Positions 38,720 to 46,695 of a stretch of 64,000 nt of DNA are shown one piece after another. The DNA is from Candidatus Omnitrophota bacterium (lineage in GTDB: Bacteria; Omnitrophota; Gorgyraeia; Duberdicusellales; 4484-171), in contig JBDRAN010000005.1 of assembly GCA_043823745.1 (NCBI GenBank), forward strand, positions 4,459 through 68,458. The letters run 5' to 3'. Under the pieces are notes generated by a model. The model worked only from the letters and a program-made list of their open reading frames with translations, searched no databases and was not told the origin of the DNA. Made by a program: the position numbers and the translations under genes. Numbering within the stretch: the stretch's first letter is position 1; each line of letters opens with the position of its first letter.

Positions 38720-40018
38720 TTACTTATGCGCAGCGGGTGCCACCAAGCCGCGCCGCCGGGCGAGGACGCAAAGCGCTCGTATCTCTTCTTCCTTCGTCGC
38801 GAGCCCCTGATCGAGAACTACATCAAGAAGTTTTTCAAGAAGCCCGCCGTAGGCAGTATGCGGTTTAATACCGATGCGTTTTAAATCTTCACCGCGGACT
38901 TTAAGACGCACATGAGCGAGCGAATTCAAAAAATAACGAATGTTCGCGCGCAGGCGCGCGTTCGTATGGAAAGAATAGAGAAATACGATTGCTTCAAAAC
39001 TCAAAGGATTAAGCAGCCGGTAGATACGGTGCGTCGTAACAGGACGCGCCAGTATTTTTACTTTCGTAATATATTTTTTTATCGAAAGTACGCGGACACG
39101 CTCCCCTCTCCTAAAATCGAACGTCGAAAAAAACATATCAACCGCTCTCACCGAAGGTCTCATCAGCACCGCACTCAAGTACAGGAGCCAGATATCGAGC
39201 GGACGATGTTGCGAAAAATTCTTCTGGTATACACCAAGCGCCTGCCTGATGCGTCCGAAAAGCTTACGGCTTTCTTGAGTAAGACGGACGTTGGCAATAA
39301 AGGACAGTCCGTACATCTTTTCGATAGAGACTAAACACTTCCACGGATCGGGTTCCTTCAAAAGAAGCACGATCTCATCCCGAAGCCGATGCGGATGTAC
39401 AAGGGCCAGCGCGTGTTCCTGACGAGCGCGCGCGGCAAGCACCCTGGTACGTGGCTCGATGCGAAAACCGAAACGGTTCATAAAACGCACCGCGCGTATA
39501 ATGCGTGTGGGGTCATCACGGAAACTATTTGCGTGTAAAACTCTTATCAAACCTTTTTTAAGATCGTGTTGTCCGCCATAAAAATCGATACGTAATCCAT
39601 AATCTTCCCTATTAAGACTGATTGCCATCGCGTTAATCGTAAAATCTCGACGCAAGAGATCATCACGCAATGCTGCCGGCGTAACGCGAGGCAAGACTGC
39701 CTGTGATGCGTATGTTTCCTTACGCGCCGTGGCAAAATCAATTTTATGCGCACCGTAATAAACTGTTGCGGTACCAAAGGCATGGTGTCGTCTTAATTCT
39801 TTGTGCGCGACACGCGCAAATTCGCTCGCAAGCTTGATCGCGTCACCTTCAACAACCAGATCAAGATCGATAATTTCCTTCGCAAGGAGCAAATCCCGGA
39901 CTACACCGCCCACCAGGTATATCTTAAACCCAAGACGCTCAGATATAATACTTAAGGACTCGAGTATTTTTTTGAAATCATGATGTATGGTTGCAAGCTT
40001 AGAAATCATAATTCTCAT
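38720..40018 (-). CDS. tRNA nucleotidyltransferase/poly(A) polymerase family protein (CCA-adding enzyme-like)
   Basis: Pol-beta-type motif GGVVRDLLL...DLDLVV and RRDFTINA. Confidence 0.85.
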   Translation of the reverse strand: MRIMISKLATIHHDFKKILESLSIISERLGFKIYLVGGVVRDLLLAKEIIDLDLVVEGDAIKLASEFARVAHKELRRHHAFGTATVYYGAHKIDFATARKETYASQAVLPRVTPAALRDDLLRRDFTINAMAISLNREDYGLRIDFYGGQHDLKKGLIRVLHANSFRDDPTRIIRAVRFMNRFGFRIEPRTRVLAARARQEHALALVHPHRLRDEIVLLLKEPDPWKCLVSIEKMYGLSFIANVRLTQESRKLFGRIRQALGVYQKNFSQHRPLDIWLLYLSAVLMRPSVRAVDMFFSTFDFRRGERVRVLSIKKYITKVKILARPVTTHRIYRLLNPLSFEAIVFLYSFHTNARLRANIRYFLNSLAHVRLKVRGEDLKRIGIKPHTAYGGLLEKLLDVVLDQGLATKEEEIRALCVLARRRGLVAPAAHK

Positions 40019-40902
40019 TTTGCGCGAGGATGAAACTGCGCGTGAATCGCCTTAATCCTGCTCTTATTAACATGCGTATATATCTGGGTCGTTGTAATGC
40101 TGGCGTGCCCTAACATCTCCTGCACGCTGCGCAGGTCAGCTCCGTGCTCAAGAAGATGGGTCGCAAAAGAATGCCGAAACGTATGCGGGCTCACCCGCTT
40201 CTTAATGCCTACCTCTTTAACGGCACGTTTGATCATCTTCCAGATACTCTGACGGGATAAATGTCTCCCGCCCTGCGCCAAAAAAAGATACAACGAGGTT
40301 TTTTTGGCAAGGAGCGCGGGCCGCGCCTCGGTACAATACTTCTGGAGAAACTCCCGCGCAATACGGCCAAGCGGCACGATCCGCTCTTTTGAGCCTTTCC
40401 CCTTACATTTAATAAAACCAACTTCTAAATTAATATCGGCCACCTTAAGGTTTGACGCTTCTGAAACGCGCAAGCCACTGGCATACATCACTTCCAGTAT
40501 CGCCCTATCTCGTTTACCGTGCATATCGCGCAGATCAGGCACTTTCAAGATCCGCATTACATCATCGAAATCAAGACAATCGGGAATTTTCTTCTCGGTC
40601 TTTGGAGATTCAATGAGCTCGGTAGGATCGCTCGTCGAAACCTTTTCCCGCAACAAAAATTTATGAAAACTCTTAAGGGTCGACAGGACACGGGCGATGC
40701 TTATCGCCGACAAATTCTTGCGCAATGAAAAAAGAAAGTCAGTGATGTCTTTGCGGGTAATGGTAAGAGGGCTGGTTATCCCCCTTTGCTTCAAATGCTT
40801 TACGTAACAATCGAGATCATGCCCATAGGCATACAGAGAATTACCGGCAAGGCCTTTTTCAACCCGAAGGTAATCAAAGAATGCTTCGCGGTAGGCGTCC
40901 AT
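40015..40902 (-). CDS. xerD: site-specific tyrosine recombinase XerD-like
   Basis: 295 aa, C-terminal HTFRHSFATHLLEHGADLRSVQEMLGHASITTTQIYTHV with catalytic Tyr, and an N-terminal core-binding domain. It has no IntI-specific extra domain by length. Confidence 0.85.
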   Translation of the reverse strand: MDAYREAFFDYLRVEKGLAGNSLYAYGHDLDCYVKHLKQRGITSPLTITRKDITDFLFSLRKNLSAISIARVLSTLKSFHKFLLREKVSTSDPTELIESPKTEKKIPDCLDFDDVMRILKVPDLRDMHGKRDRAILEVMYASGLRVSEASNLKVADINLEVGFIKCKGKGSKERIVPLGRIAREFLQKYCTEARPALLAKKTSLYLFLAQGGRHLSRQSIWKMIKRAVKEVGIKKRVSPHTFRHSFATHLLEHGADLRSVQEMLGHASITTTQIYTHVNKSRIKAIHAQFHPRAK

Positions 40903-40912
40903 AATCCCATCC

Positions 40913-41533
40913 TTAAACGTGCGTCAGAAACGGGTTGTGATCCCTCTCGTGCGCGACTGTCGTGGACGACCCATGCCCGGGATAGATCAGTGTCTCACCC
41001 GGTAAGGTCAACACCCGGTTTTTAATCGAATGCAGTAATGTTTTTTGTGAAGCTAACGGAATATCAGTTCTTCCGATAGCATCGCAAAATATGGCATCGC
41101 CGCTAAAAAGCCATGCGCCGAGTTTAAGCGACACCGAACCCGGGGTATGTCCCGGCGTAGGAATAATTTCTAGGGTATGTTTTCCGAACACTATCGGTTT
41201 ATTAGAATACAGGAGAGGTTTTTTTGTTATGGTTACCAGCTCATCGAAATACAAAGAGCCGTTCAGCCGCTCATCCATTAAAAATGGCACATCGAGAGGA
41301 TGCATAGAGAAAGGGTATTTGAGACTATCCAGGCCGGCGATATGATCAAAATGGCCATGAGTGATAGCAACAAAAAGAATATCGATCTCGCGTTGCCGGG
41401 AAAACCGGCTCACTTCCTCGACACCACAGGGAGCATCGACAATAAATCCTTTTTTCTGAGTGGGGTCAAAAACAAGATAAGAATTGGTGCAGAGGTTTCC
41501 GAGGGAAAAAACTTCGAGCTTTAATTCATCCAT
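40913..41533 (-). CDS. MBL-fold metallo-hydrolase (glyoxalase II-like)
   Basis: THGHFDHIAG zinc-binding motif. Confidence 0.85.
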   Translation of the reverse strand: MDELKLEVFSLGNLCTNSYLVFDPTQKKGFIVDAPCGVEEVSRFSRQREIDILFVAITHGHFDHIAGLDSLKYPFSMHPLDVPFLMDERLNGSLYFDELVTITKKPLLYSNKPIVFGKHTLEIIPTPGHTPGSVSLKLGAWLFSGDAIFCDAIGRTDIPLASQKTLLHSIKNRVLTLPGETLIYPGHGSSTTVAHERDHNPFLTHV

Positions 41534-42006
41534 TGCTCGGCATCGCTGTATTTAAAATCTGCTTCGAACTGCCTGCGAAACTTCTCTATTTTCGCGACAA
41601 TGGAATTACGCTTCATGTCACTGGGGTTGGGGTTGGTCTCAATATCCTGTTTAATGATACGCAAATCCTCATACAACGGATACGCGTTCTCTTTACCCTC
41701 GGCGTTAAAAAAAGAGATGATCTGCTCAAAATTCATAAGGGCTTCATTCACGCCACGCTTGGCCCGCTTAAAGCTCTCTCCATGTTTTAAGGTTTCACCA
41801 AGCTCTCCGAGCCACCCTTTCACAAAAAGAAAATAATCGTTATACGCTTCCCTTGAAGGCTTTGTCGGATAGCTCTTAAAATCAACATATACCGGCGTTT
41901 CCTCTACATACTTTTTCTTACGGATAAACTTCTTACGCAATGCATAGCACCCTTGGGTGCTCATCAATGCCGCCAATAGTAGGAAAATCGTAATTTTTCG
42001 TATCAT
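41521..42006 (-). CDS. putative lipoprotein, unknown function
   Basis: Signal peptide with a Cys at +20 (LMSTQGC) and a hydrophilic remainder. Confidence 0.5.
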   Translation of the reverse strand: MIRKITIFLLLAALMSTQGCYALRKKFIRKKKYVEETPVYVDFKSYPTKPSREAYNDYFLFVKGWLGELGETLKHGESFKRAKRGVNEALMNFEQIISFFNAEGKENAYPLYEDLRIIKQDIETNPNPSDMKRNSIVAKIEKFRRQFEADFKYSDAEQWMN

Positions 42007-42055
42007 AGGATACTCTTCTCCTTTAAGAATTGAAATATTATTATACCACGCATCA

Positions 42056-42086
42056 GCAAAAAAGCTATATCTATTATAGCTTTATA
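42056..42086 (-). terminator. rho-independent terminator downstream of truA
   Basis: AGCTATA / TATAGCT stem with A-run before and T-rich after on the plus strand. On the minus strand the hairpin is followed by TTTTTTG. Confidence 0.55.
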
Positions 42087-42131
42087 TTTACCAGATGCCA
42101 TACATCAACTTCTCAAAAACGGTTAGAAAAC

Positions 42132-42908
42132 TTAACCTTTATATCCGCGATAATTAACCTTCACCAGGTACAATCCTCCTGCGGGCGCGGGCTCATTCCG
42201 ATATGGAACCGTACGCGCAAGGATCGCCTCGGCTTGCTCCAGACTTAAGATACCGGAGCCGACCTTCACTAAAAATCCAACAATATTACGCACCATAAAA
42301 CGCAGGAAACCATTCGCTTCGATATCAACATACAGAAAGCTGCCCCTCTTGATAACGCGCACCCCTTTCACCTCTCTTGCGCAATCATGATAGGTATGCG
42401 CCTCCTTCGCAAAGAGCGAAAAATCATGTTTGCCGATAAGACGTTTTGCCACATCCGCCATCGCGCGGCGGTTAAGTGGTTTTACTGTATGCCAGGCACG
42501 ATCAACCCAAAACACCGAAGGCTCTTTACCGTTTAAAATAATATACCGGTATATTTTCGAATGCGCGGCAAACCGCGCGTGGAAATCAAGCGGCATAAAA
42601 CGGGCACTTTTGACCCTGATATCCGCCGGCAGGAAAGTATTAAGCGCCCTCTTAATGTTAGACAAAGGGATTTTTGTATCAACAATAAAATTTGCCGCCT
42701 GAGCCTGAGCATGCACCCCTCTATCGGTGCGCGAGGCAGAGGTAAGCGCAACGCGCTTTTTAAAAAGCTTTTTGAGCGCCTGCTCCAGCTTCTGTTGAAC
42801 GGCAATCTCGCGCTTTCCCGACTTATTCTGGATTTGAAAGCCAAAATAGCGCGTTCCAACGTATTCAATAGTAAGAAGAATGTTTTTTTGCATAGTAATC
42901 GCTCTCAA
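42132..42908 (-). CDS. truA: tRNA pseudouridine(38-40) synthase
   Basis: LTIEYVGTRYFGFQ N-terminus and a catalytic RTDRGVHA motif. Confidence 0.9.
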   Translation of the reverse strand: MRAITMQKNILLTIEYVGTRYFGFQIQNKSGKREIAVQQKLEQALKKLFKKRVALTSASRTDRGVHAQAQAANFIVDTKIPLSNIKRALNTFLPADIRVKSARFMPLDFHARFAAHSKIYRYIILNGKEPSVFWVDRAWHTVKPLNRRAMADVAKRLIGKHDFSLFAKEAHTYHDCAREVKGVRVIKRGSFLYVDIEANGFLRFMVRNIVGFLVKVGSGILSLEQAEAILARTVPYRNEPAPAGGLYLVKVNYRGYKG

Positions 42909-43098
42909 TTGCCAGATTCTCTATATTCCATGTATTCCGTATTTTGTGATATTATAGGGTAAATATGGTGCGATTCAAGAATTTTCATTGTTTCCAAGCA
43001 GAAACTTCAGTATAATTAACATGAATAGTTTTAGGCTTAAAGCAAACACGGATTCCGTATATTAATTGTTAGGTTAATAAGCAGAAATAAAAAATGCT

Positions 43099-43428
43099 AT
43101 GAAAAAATCAGGTTTCAATCGGAGACAGAAAATTACCATAGGCATAATTATAGCTCTTCTATTGCTCGTTATTATTTTTCCACCTCAAGTAATTGTGAAC
43201 GCCGGAAAAAAATGGTCGGGACCGTCATGGAGACCAATTTTCTACGTGGGACAAGTTTTTCACGATTTAGATAGACTTGATGGGCAAGAGGCACGGGGAT
43301 TTAAAGTCTCTGAAGATAGGGAATTTCGCGTTGAATTAGCCTGGTCGGTACTTTTTCTTGAATTATTTAGCATCCTTTTGATTGGTGGAATATTGACTCG
43401 TAGTTTTAAATCAAAGAATAAAACCTAA
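43099..43428 (+). CDS. cassette ORF: small 2-TM membrane protein, unknown function
   Basis: 109 aa. The TAA stop (43426-43428) lies inside the ACCTAAC box of the downstream attC-like site. Confidence 0.6.
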   Translation: MKKSGFNRRQKITIGIIIALLLLVIIFPPQVIVNAGKKWSGPSWRPIFYVGQVFHDLDRLDGQEARGFKVSEDREFRVELAWSVLFLELFSILLIGGILTRSFKSKNKT

Positions 43429-43497
43429 CAACTTCATCCAGCCGACCCAACTCGCCCCTATCGGGGCTTCGTCGTGCGGCTGATGTCGGTGTTATGT
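43423..43497 (+). repeat. attC-like site 1 (75 bp)
   Basis: ACCTAAC...ATCCAGCCGACC...GCGGCTGAT...GTTATGT. The L'' and L' arms pair with one bulged C. Confidence 0.65.
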
Positions 43498-43525
43498 GAA
43501 AATAAAAATAAATAAGGAGGTGCGT

Positions 43526-43903
43526 ATGCGTATCTTGGGGAATATCGTATGGATGATACTCGGTGGAATATTAATATTTTTATACTATTGTCTTGGATGT
43601 ATTGTTCTCTGTATAACAATTATCGGAATACCATTTGGTATTCAATGTTTTAAAATGGCGACTCTAGCTCTGATGCCTTTCGGAAAAGAAGTAAAAAATG
43701 AAGAGAAAAGCACAGGCGCTATACCAACTATAATGAATGTTCTCTGGTTGCTCTTTTTTGGAGTTGAAATAGCAATTGTTCACTTATTTTTTGCCTTAAT
43801 ATTCGTCATTACAATAATTGGGATACCATTTGCTAAACAACATATGAAACTTGCAGCATTAGCGTTAACGCCCTTCGGGAAAGAAATAATAAAAATCACA
43901 TAA
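43526..43903 (+). CDS. cassette ORF: YccF-like (DUF307) inner membrane protein with internal duplication
   Basis: ATG 5 nt after AAGGAGG. Two repeats of ITIIGIPFG...K(M/L)A.LAL.PFGKE, characteristic of the YccF family. The track's GTG start at 43496 lies inside the attC and is rejected. Confidence 0.7.
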   Translation: MRILGNIVWMILGGILIFLYYCLGCIVLCITIIGIPFGIQCFKMATLALMPFGKEVKNEEKSTGAIPTIMNVLWLLFFGVEIAIVHLFFALIFVITIIGIPFAKQHMKLAALALTPFGKEIIKIT

Positions 43904-43974
43904 CAAAGCAATCCAGCCGACCTTACCTCCGCCCTATCGGGCTTCGGCAAGGCGGCTGATTTCGAGTGTTATAT
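43898..43974 (+). repeat. attC-like site 2 (77 bp)
   Basis: ACATAAC (contains the ORF stop)...ATCCAGCCGACC...GGCGGCTGAT...GTTATAT. Confidence 0.65.
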
Positions 43975-43997
43975 GAGAAAAATAAAAAGGAAAATCA

Positions 43998-44444
43998 ATG
44001 AAAAAGACCTTTATTTTATGTTTAACAATATTATTTTTTACAAATTTTTCTTACGCTGAAACAGAATATGAAAAAGGAGGTATCATTGTTGGTATTATTA
44101 GCAAAAAACAGCCAATCGCAATCGGTGAACAAATCTGTTCGGATACGGTAACGTGGGGAATAATTAAAAATGGGGAATTTATAGGAAACAATAGCGAAGA
44201 GAATGTTGAGATATATACATATGAGGGAATAGAAGATAATGAGGTAATAATGTCTACTAGAGGAAGATCATATGGTTATCTTAAATTACCATTAAATAAA
44301 GATAATCAAGCAATATGGCATGTTTCCTCTGAGGCGGACTTTATCATTTCTGTTATAGATAAAGAAAAAAACATAACAGTTAAATTGACAAATGGTTTGG
44401 ACAGCTGGAAAAGCATATTCTATGAAAAGGATTTAGGGAGCTAA
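43998..44444 (+). CDS. cassette ORF: secreted protein, unknown function
   Basis: 148 aa with signal peptide MKKTFILCLTILFFTNFSYA. Low GC. Confidence 0.6.
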   Translation: MKKTFILCLTILFFTNFSYAETEYEKGGIIVGIISKKQPIAIGEQICSDTVTWGIIKNGEFIGNNSEENVEIYTYEGIEDNEVIMSTRGRSYGYLKLPLNKDNQAIWHVSSEADFIISVIDKEKNITVKLTNGLDSWKSIFYEKDLGS

Positions 44445-44499
44445 TACAAAACAACCAATCCCAAAGTAAAAGAACAATTTAAAGAATGAATAAAAAACC

Positions 44500-44574
44500 A
44501 TATAACAAGTCAATCCACCTGACCCTCGAAGCGCGTTAAGCGCGCCTCTCGGGCAGGTGATTTTTATGTTAGAT
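44500..44574 (+). repeat. attC-like site 3 (75 bp)
   Basis: ATATAAC...ATCCACCTGACC...GCAGGTGAT...GTTAGAT. Stem bases covary with sites 1 and 2. The central hairpin is GCGCGTTAAGCGCGC. Confidence 0.65.
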
Positions 44575-44848
44575 GGAAAAAATAAAAATATAAATGAAAT
44601 CAATTAATACTATTTTAAAAATTGCCAGTGTTATTGTAATCGGTTTTCTATCTGAAATGCTTAGTAAATTTATTATTCTTTACTGCTCCTACCATTTATA
44701 GCTATAATTCAGTAGGCAGGCTAAGCGGGATGGGTTCGATATATCTGCTTCTGTTAGTTTTTCTTTACAGCAGTTTCACCTGTGCCATTTTTTTATTTAG
44801 GAAGGAAAAAATAAAACTTACTCTCCTATCCTAATTGTTGGCGGGTTT

Positions 44849-45247
44849 TTGTTGTCTGGTATGATATTTTTAGCTATGCCTGGCAAATCCTTAAAATTTC
44901 CTCATAATGCACCCATGGATGAACGTAATAATTGGGCTTTACACAACCTTAACCCATATTATTCGATAGCCGTTGAAAAAATAAAAAGCCGAGAGGCTAT
45001 ATTGAACGATGTGGGAGAAAATATAAAAATTGCTCCTAGCCCGTATTCCAATAATGGCATGTATGATGGCATAGTAGAATTTACCTTTGACATTGAAGGA
45101 AACAAAGGGCGGGGACAATGCGAAATAGCATATAGACACTATGGTTCAAAACCACACCATTGGTATAAAATAAAATGGAATTTTAATGGAGAAAGCAAAT
45201 TTTTAATAGGTCAAAATAATTATATTTTTAATCCTGTCGAACAGTAA
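44849..45247 (+). CDS. cassette ORF: hypothetical protein (start uncertain: TTG 44849 or ATG 44861)
   Basis: 132 aa. The frame is open from 44801 after a GGAAGGA SD-like sequence. No motif recognised. Confidence 0.5.
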   Translation: MLSGMIFLAMPGKSLKFPHNAPMDERNNWALHNLNPYYSIAVEKIKSREAILNDVGENIKIAPSPYSNNGMYDGIVEFTFDIEGNKGRGQCEIAYRHYGSKPHHWYKIKWNFNGESKFLIGQNNYIFNPVEQ

Positions 45248-45277
45248 TATTGAAAATTATTTGTATGCAACAAAAAC

Positions 45278-45352
45278 ATCTAACAACTCACTCCACCGGA
45301 TCCAATGAGCGGCTTTTCAAGCGTTCATCGTGCCGCTGATACGGTGTTAGAT
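45278..45352 (+). repeat. attC-like site 4 (75 bp)
   Basis: ATCTAAC...CTCCACCGGATCC...GCCGCTGAT...GTTAGAT. The terminal boxes are near-perfect reverse complements (ATCTAACA / TGTTAGAT). Confidence 0.6.
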
Positions 45353-45361
45353 TATAAGGAA

Positions 45362-45967
45362 ATGAAAGCATTGGATTTAAAAAAATTCCTGGAAGATGCC
45401 CCTTTCCCAAAAAGAGAGATATTCCTCCACGGACTACACTGGCAACCCTCAAGTGATAGCTTGCCAATGGAATTAAAGATAAACAATGCAGCGCAAACAA
45501 CCGTTGGGCTATTTTTTCTACCTTTATCTTTGGCTCTTTTTCTCTTGGGAATACCCCTTATATTTTGGGCTAACGAAATGGGTTTTATAGCTATTATAAT
45601 ATCTTTAGTGCTTATGGCCCTTGGCGCTATGGGCATAAAATACTCAATAGAACAAATTTTCAAAAGGGAAAAATTAATTATATCGCACAGTTATGTAGAG
45701 CTTATAAGTACAATGTTTCGATCAAACAAGAGCTGGAAAGAACCTCTTGAAAAATACAAAGGTGTTCTGGGATACAAACAGCGCTCCTGTACGGTGCAAG
45801 GAATCTATATGCCGGGGGTCTGGTGCATTATACTTTTACACCCCGAGCATGATAAGTCTGTATTACTGTACTTACACAATTCTGAAGAAAAAGACTCTAC
45901 ATTCGAGACTAAGCTTCAACGTTTCTCAAAATTATTAAAGAAAGGAATTATCCGGGAGGGTGCATGA
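45362..45967 (+). CDS. cassette ORF: 2-TM membrane protein with cytoplasmic N- and C-terminal regions, unknown function
   Basis: The ATG at 45362 follows ATAAGGAA. The track's longer version (45305) begins inside the attC and is rejected. It overlaps the next ORF by ATGA. Confidence 0.6.
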   Translation: MKALDLKKFLEDAPFPKREIFLHGLHWQPSSDSLPMELKINNAAQTTVGLFFLPLSLALFLLGIPLIFWANEMGFIAIIISLVLMALGAMGIKYSIEQIFKREKLIISHSYVELISTMFRSNKSWKEPLEKYKGVLGYKQRSCTVQGIYMPGVWCIILLHPEHDKSVLLYLHNSEEKDSTFETKLQRFSKLLKKGIIREGA

Positions 45968-46695
45968 AAAAATTATATTTCTTGCTTGGGGTCATTGTCG
46001 TGGGTATTTTTTTTAATGTTCCTACAACGTACGGCGAAGGCTTCCTTGATAAAACAATCGATTACCTTAAAAATAAAAGAATTGATGCTCTGGAACAACA
46101 AGCACGCAGTGTGGTACGAATAATTATCCGTGGCATAGAAGGCTATACCGATGATCATGGTGGTGCCTGCCCTCAAAGCGTAGAAGAGCTCACGAAAGGA
46201 AATCCACCCTACCTTACTCCCGGGATCCTTAGCCTCGCAACCGAAAAATATATATATTCGATCGAATCCGGACAAAATAGTTGTAAGGTTTTGAGGGTAC
46301 CAAAAGAATGCGGCAAGACAGGCAATTTGATTTTTTCAATGGAAATCATGAAAGGTGAGAATCCGTGTGGGGCGGGTATACAGCCCCTAAAAAGAAGTGA
46401 GATGATGGCTCAAATGGATCTAAGCATGTTCAGCTCTGTAATTGACGAGTACATTTCAAATAATAATGGTGCCTATCCGTTAGAAGAAAATAATCTTAAG
46501 CAGGCACTTGATGTTTCGAAGTTTCCGGGGTCGGATAGGATTTTTGATGATAATGGTAAAGGTGGGTACACGTATACAGTCGAGTATAGATCAAACGGAT
46601 ATAAAATAACCGCATTGCCTACGGAGTGTGGCAAAACCGGTACCAGGATATTTACAGAGGAAATCGTTGAATTAATACAGCAGTGTAAACAATAA
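45964..46695 (+). CDS. cassette ORF: secreted protein with two tandem pseudopilin-like (GspG-like) repeats
   Basis: Sec signal peptide, then two repeats each with helix + Y..D(D/N).G(G/A).P + ...ECGKTG(N/T).IF..EI. Translationally coupled to the upstream ORF. Confidence 0.6.
   Translation: MKKLYFLLGVIVVGIFFNVPTTYGEGFLDKTIDYLKNKRIDALEQQARSVVRIIIRGIEGYTDDHGGACPQSVEELTKGNPPYLTPGILSLATEKYIYSIESGQNSCKVLRVPKECGKTGNLIFSMEIMKGENPCGAGIQPLKRSEMMAQMDLSMFSSVIDEYISNNNGAYPLEENNLKQALDVSKFPGSDRIFDDNGKGGYTYTVEYRSNGYKITALPTECGKTGTRIFTEEIVELIQQCKQ

Noticed and set aside
40015-40902. Tyrosine recombinase as candidate integron integrase for the cassette array
   Set aside because: 295 aa with XerD-type motifs and no room for the IntI-specific additional domain. 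It is 2.1 kb and three housekeeping genes away from the first attC-like box, in the same orientation rather than divergent from an attI.
44730-44760. tRNA-like T-arm (GGGTTCGATAT) in cassette 4
   Set aside because: There is no GTTCGAATCC continuation, no acceptor-stem complementarity and no CCA context, so it is a chance match.
45305-45361. N-terminal extension of the track ORF 45305..45967 (MSGFSSVHRAADTVLDYKE...)
   Set aside because: The extension is encoded by attC-like site 4 itself. A good ATG with a GGAA SD at 45362 gives a sensible cassette ORF start. The same logic applies to the GTG 43496 start of the YccF-like ORF, which is replaced by the ATG at 43526.
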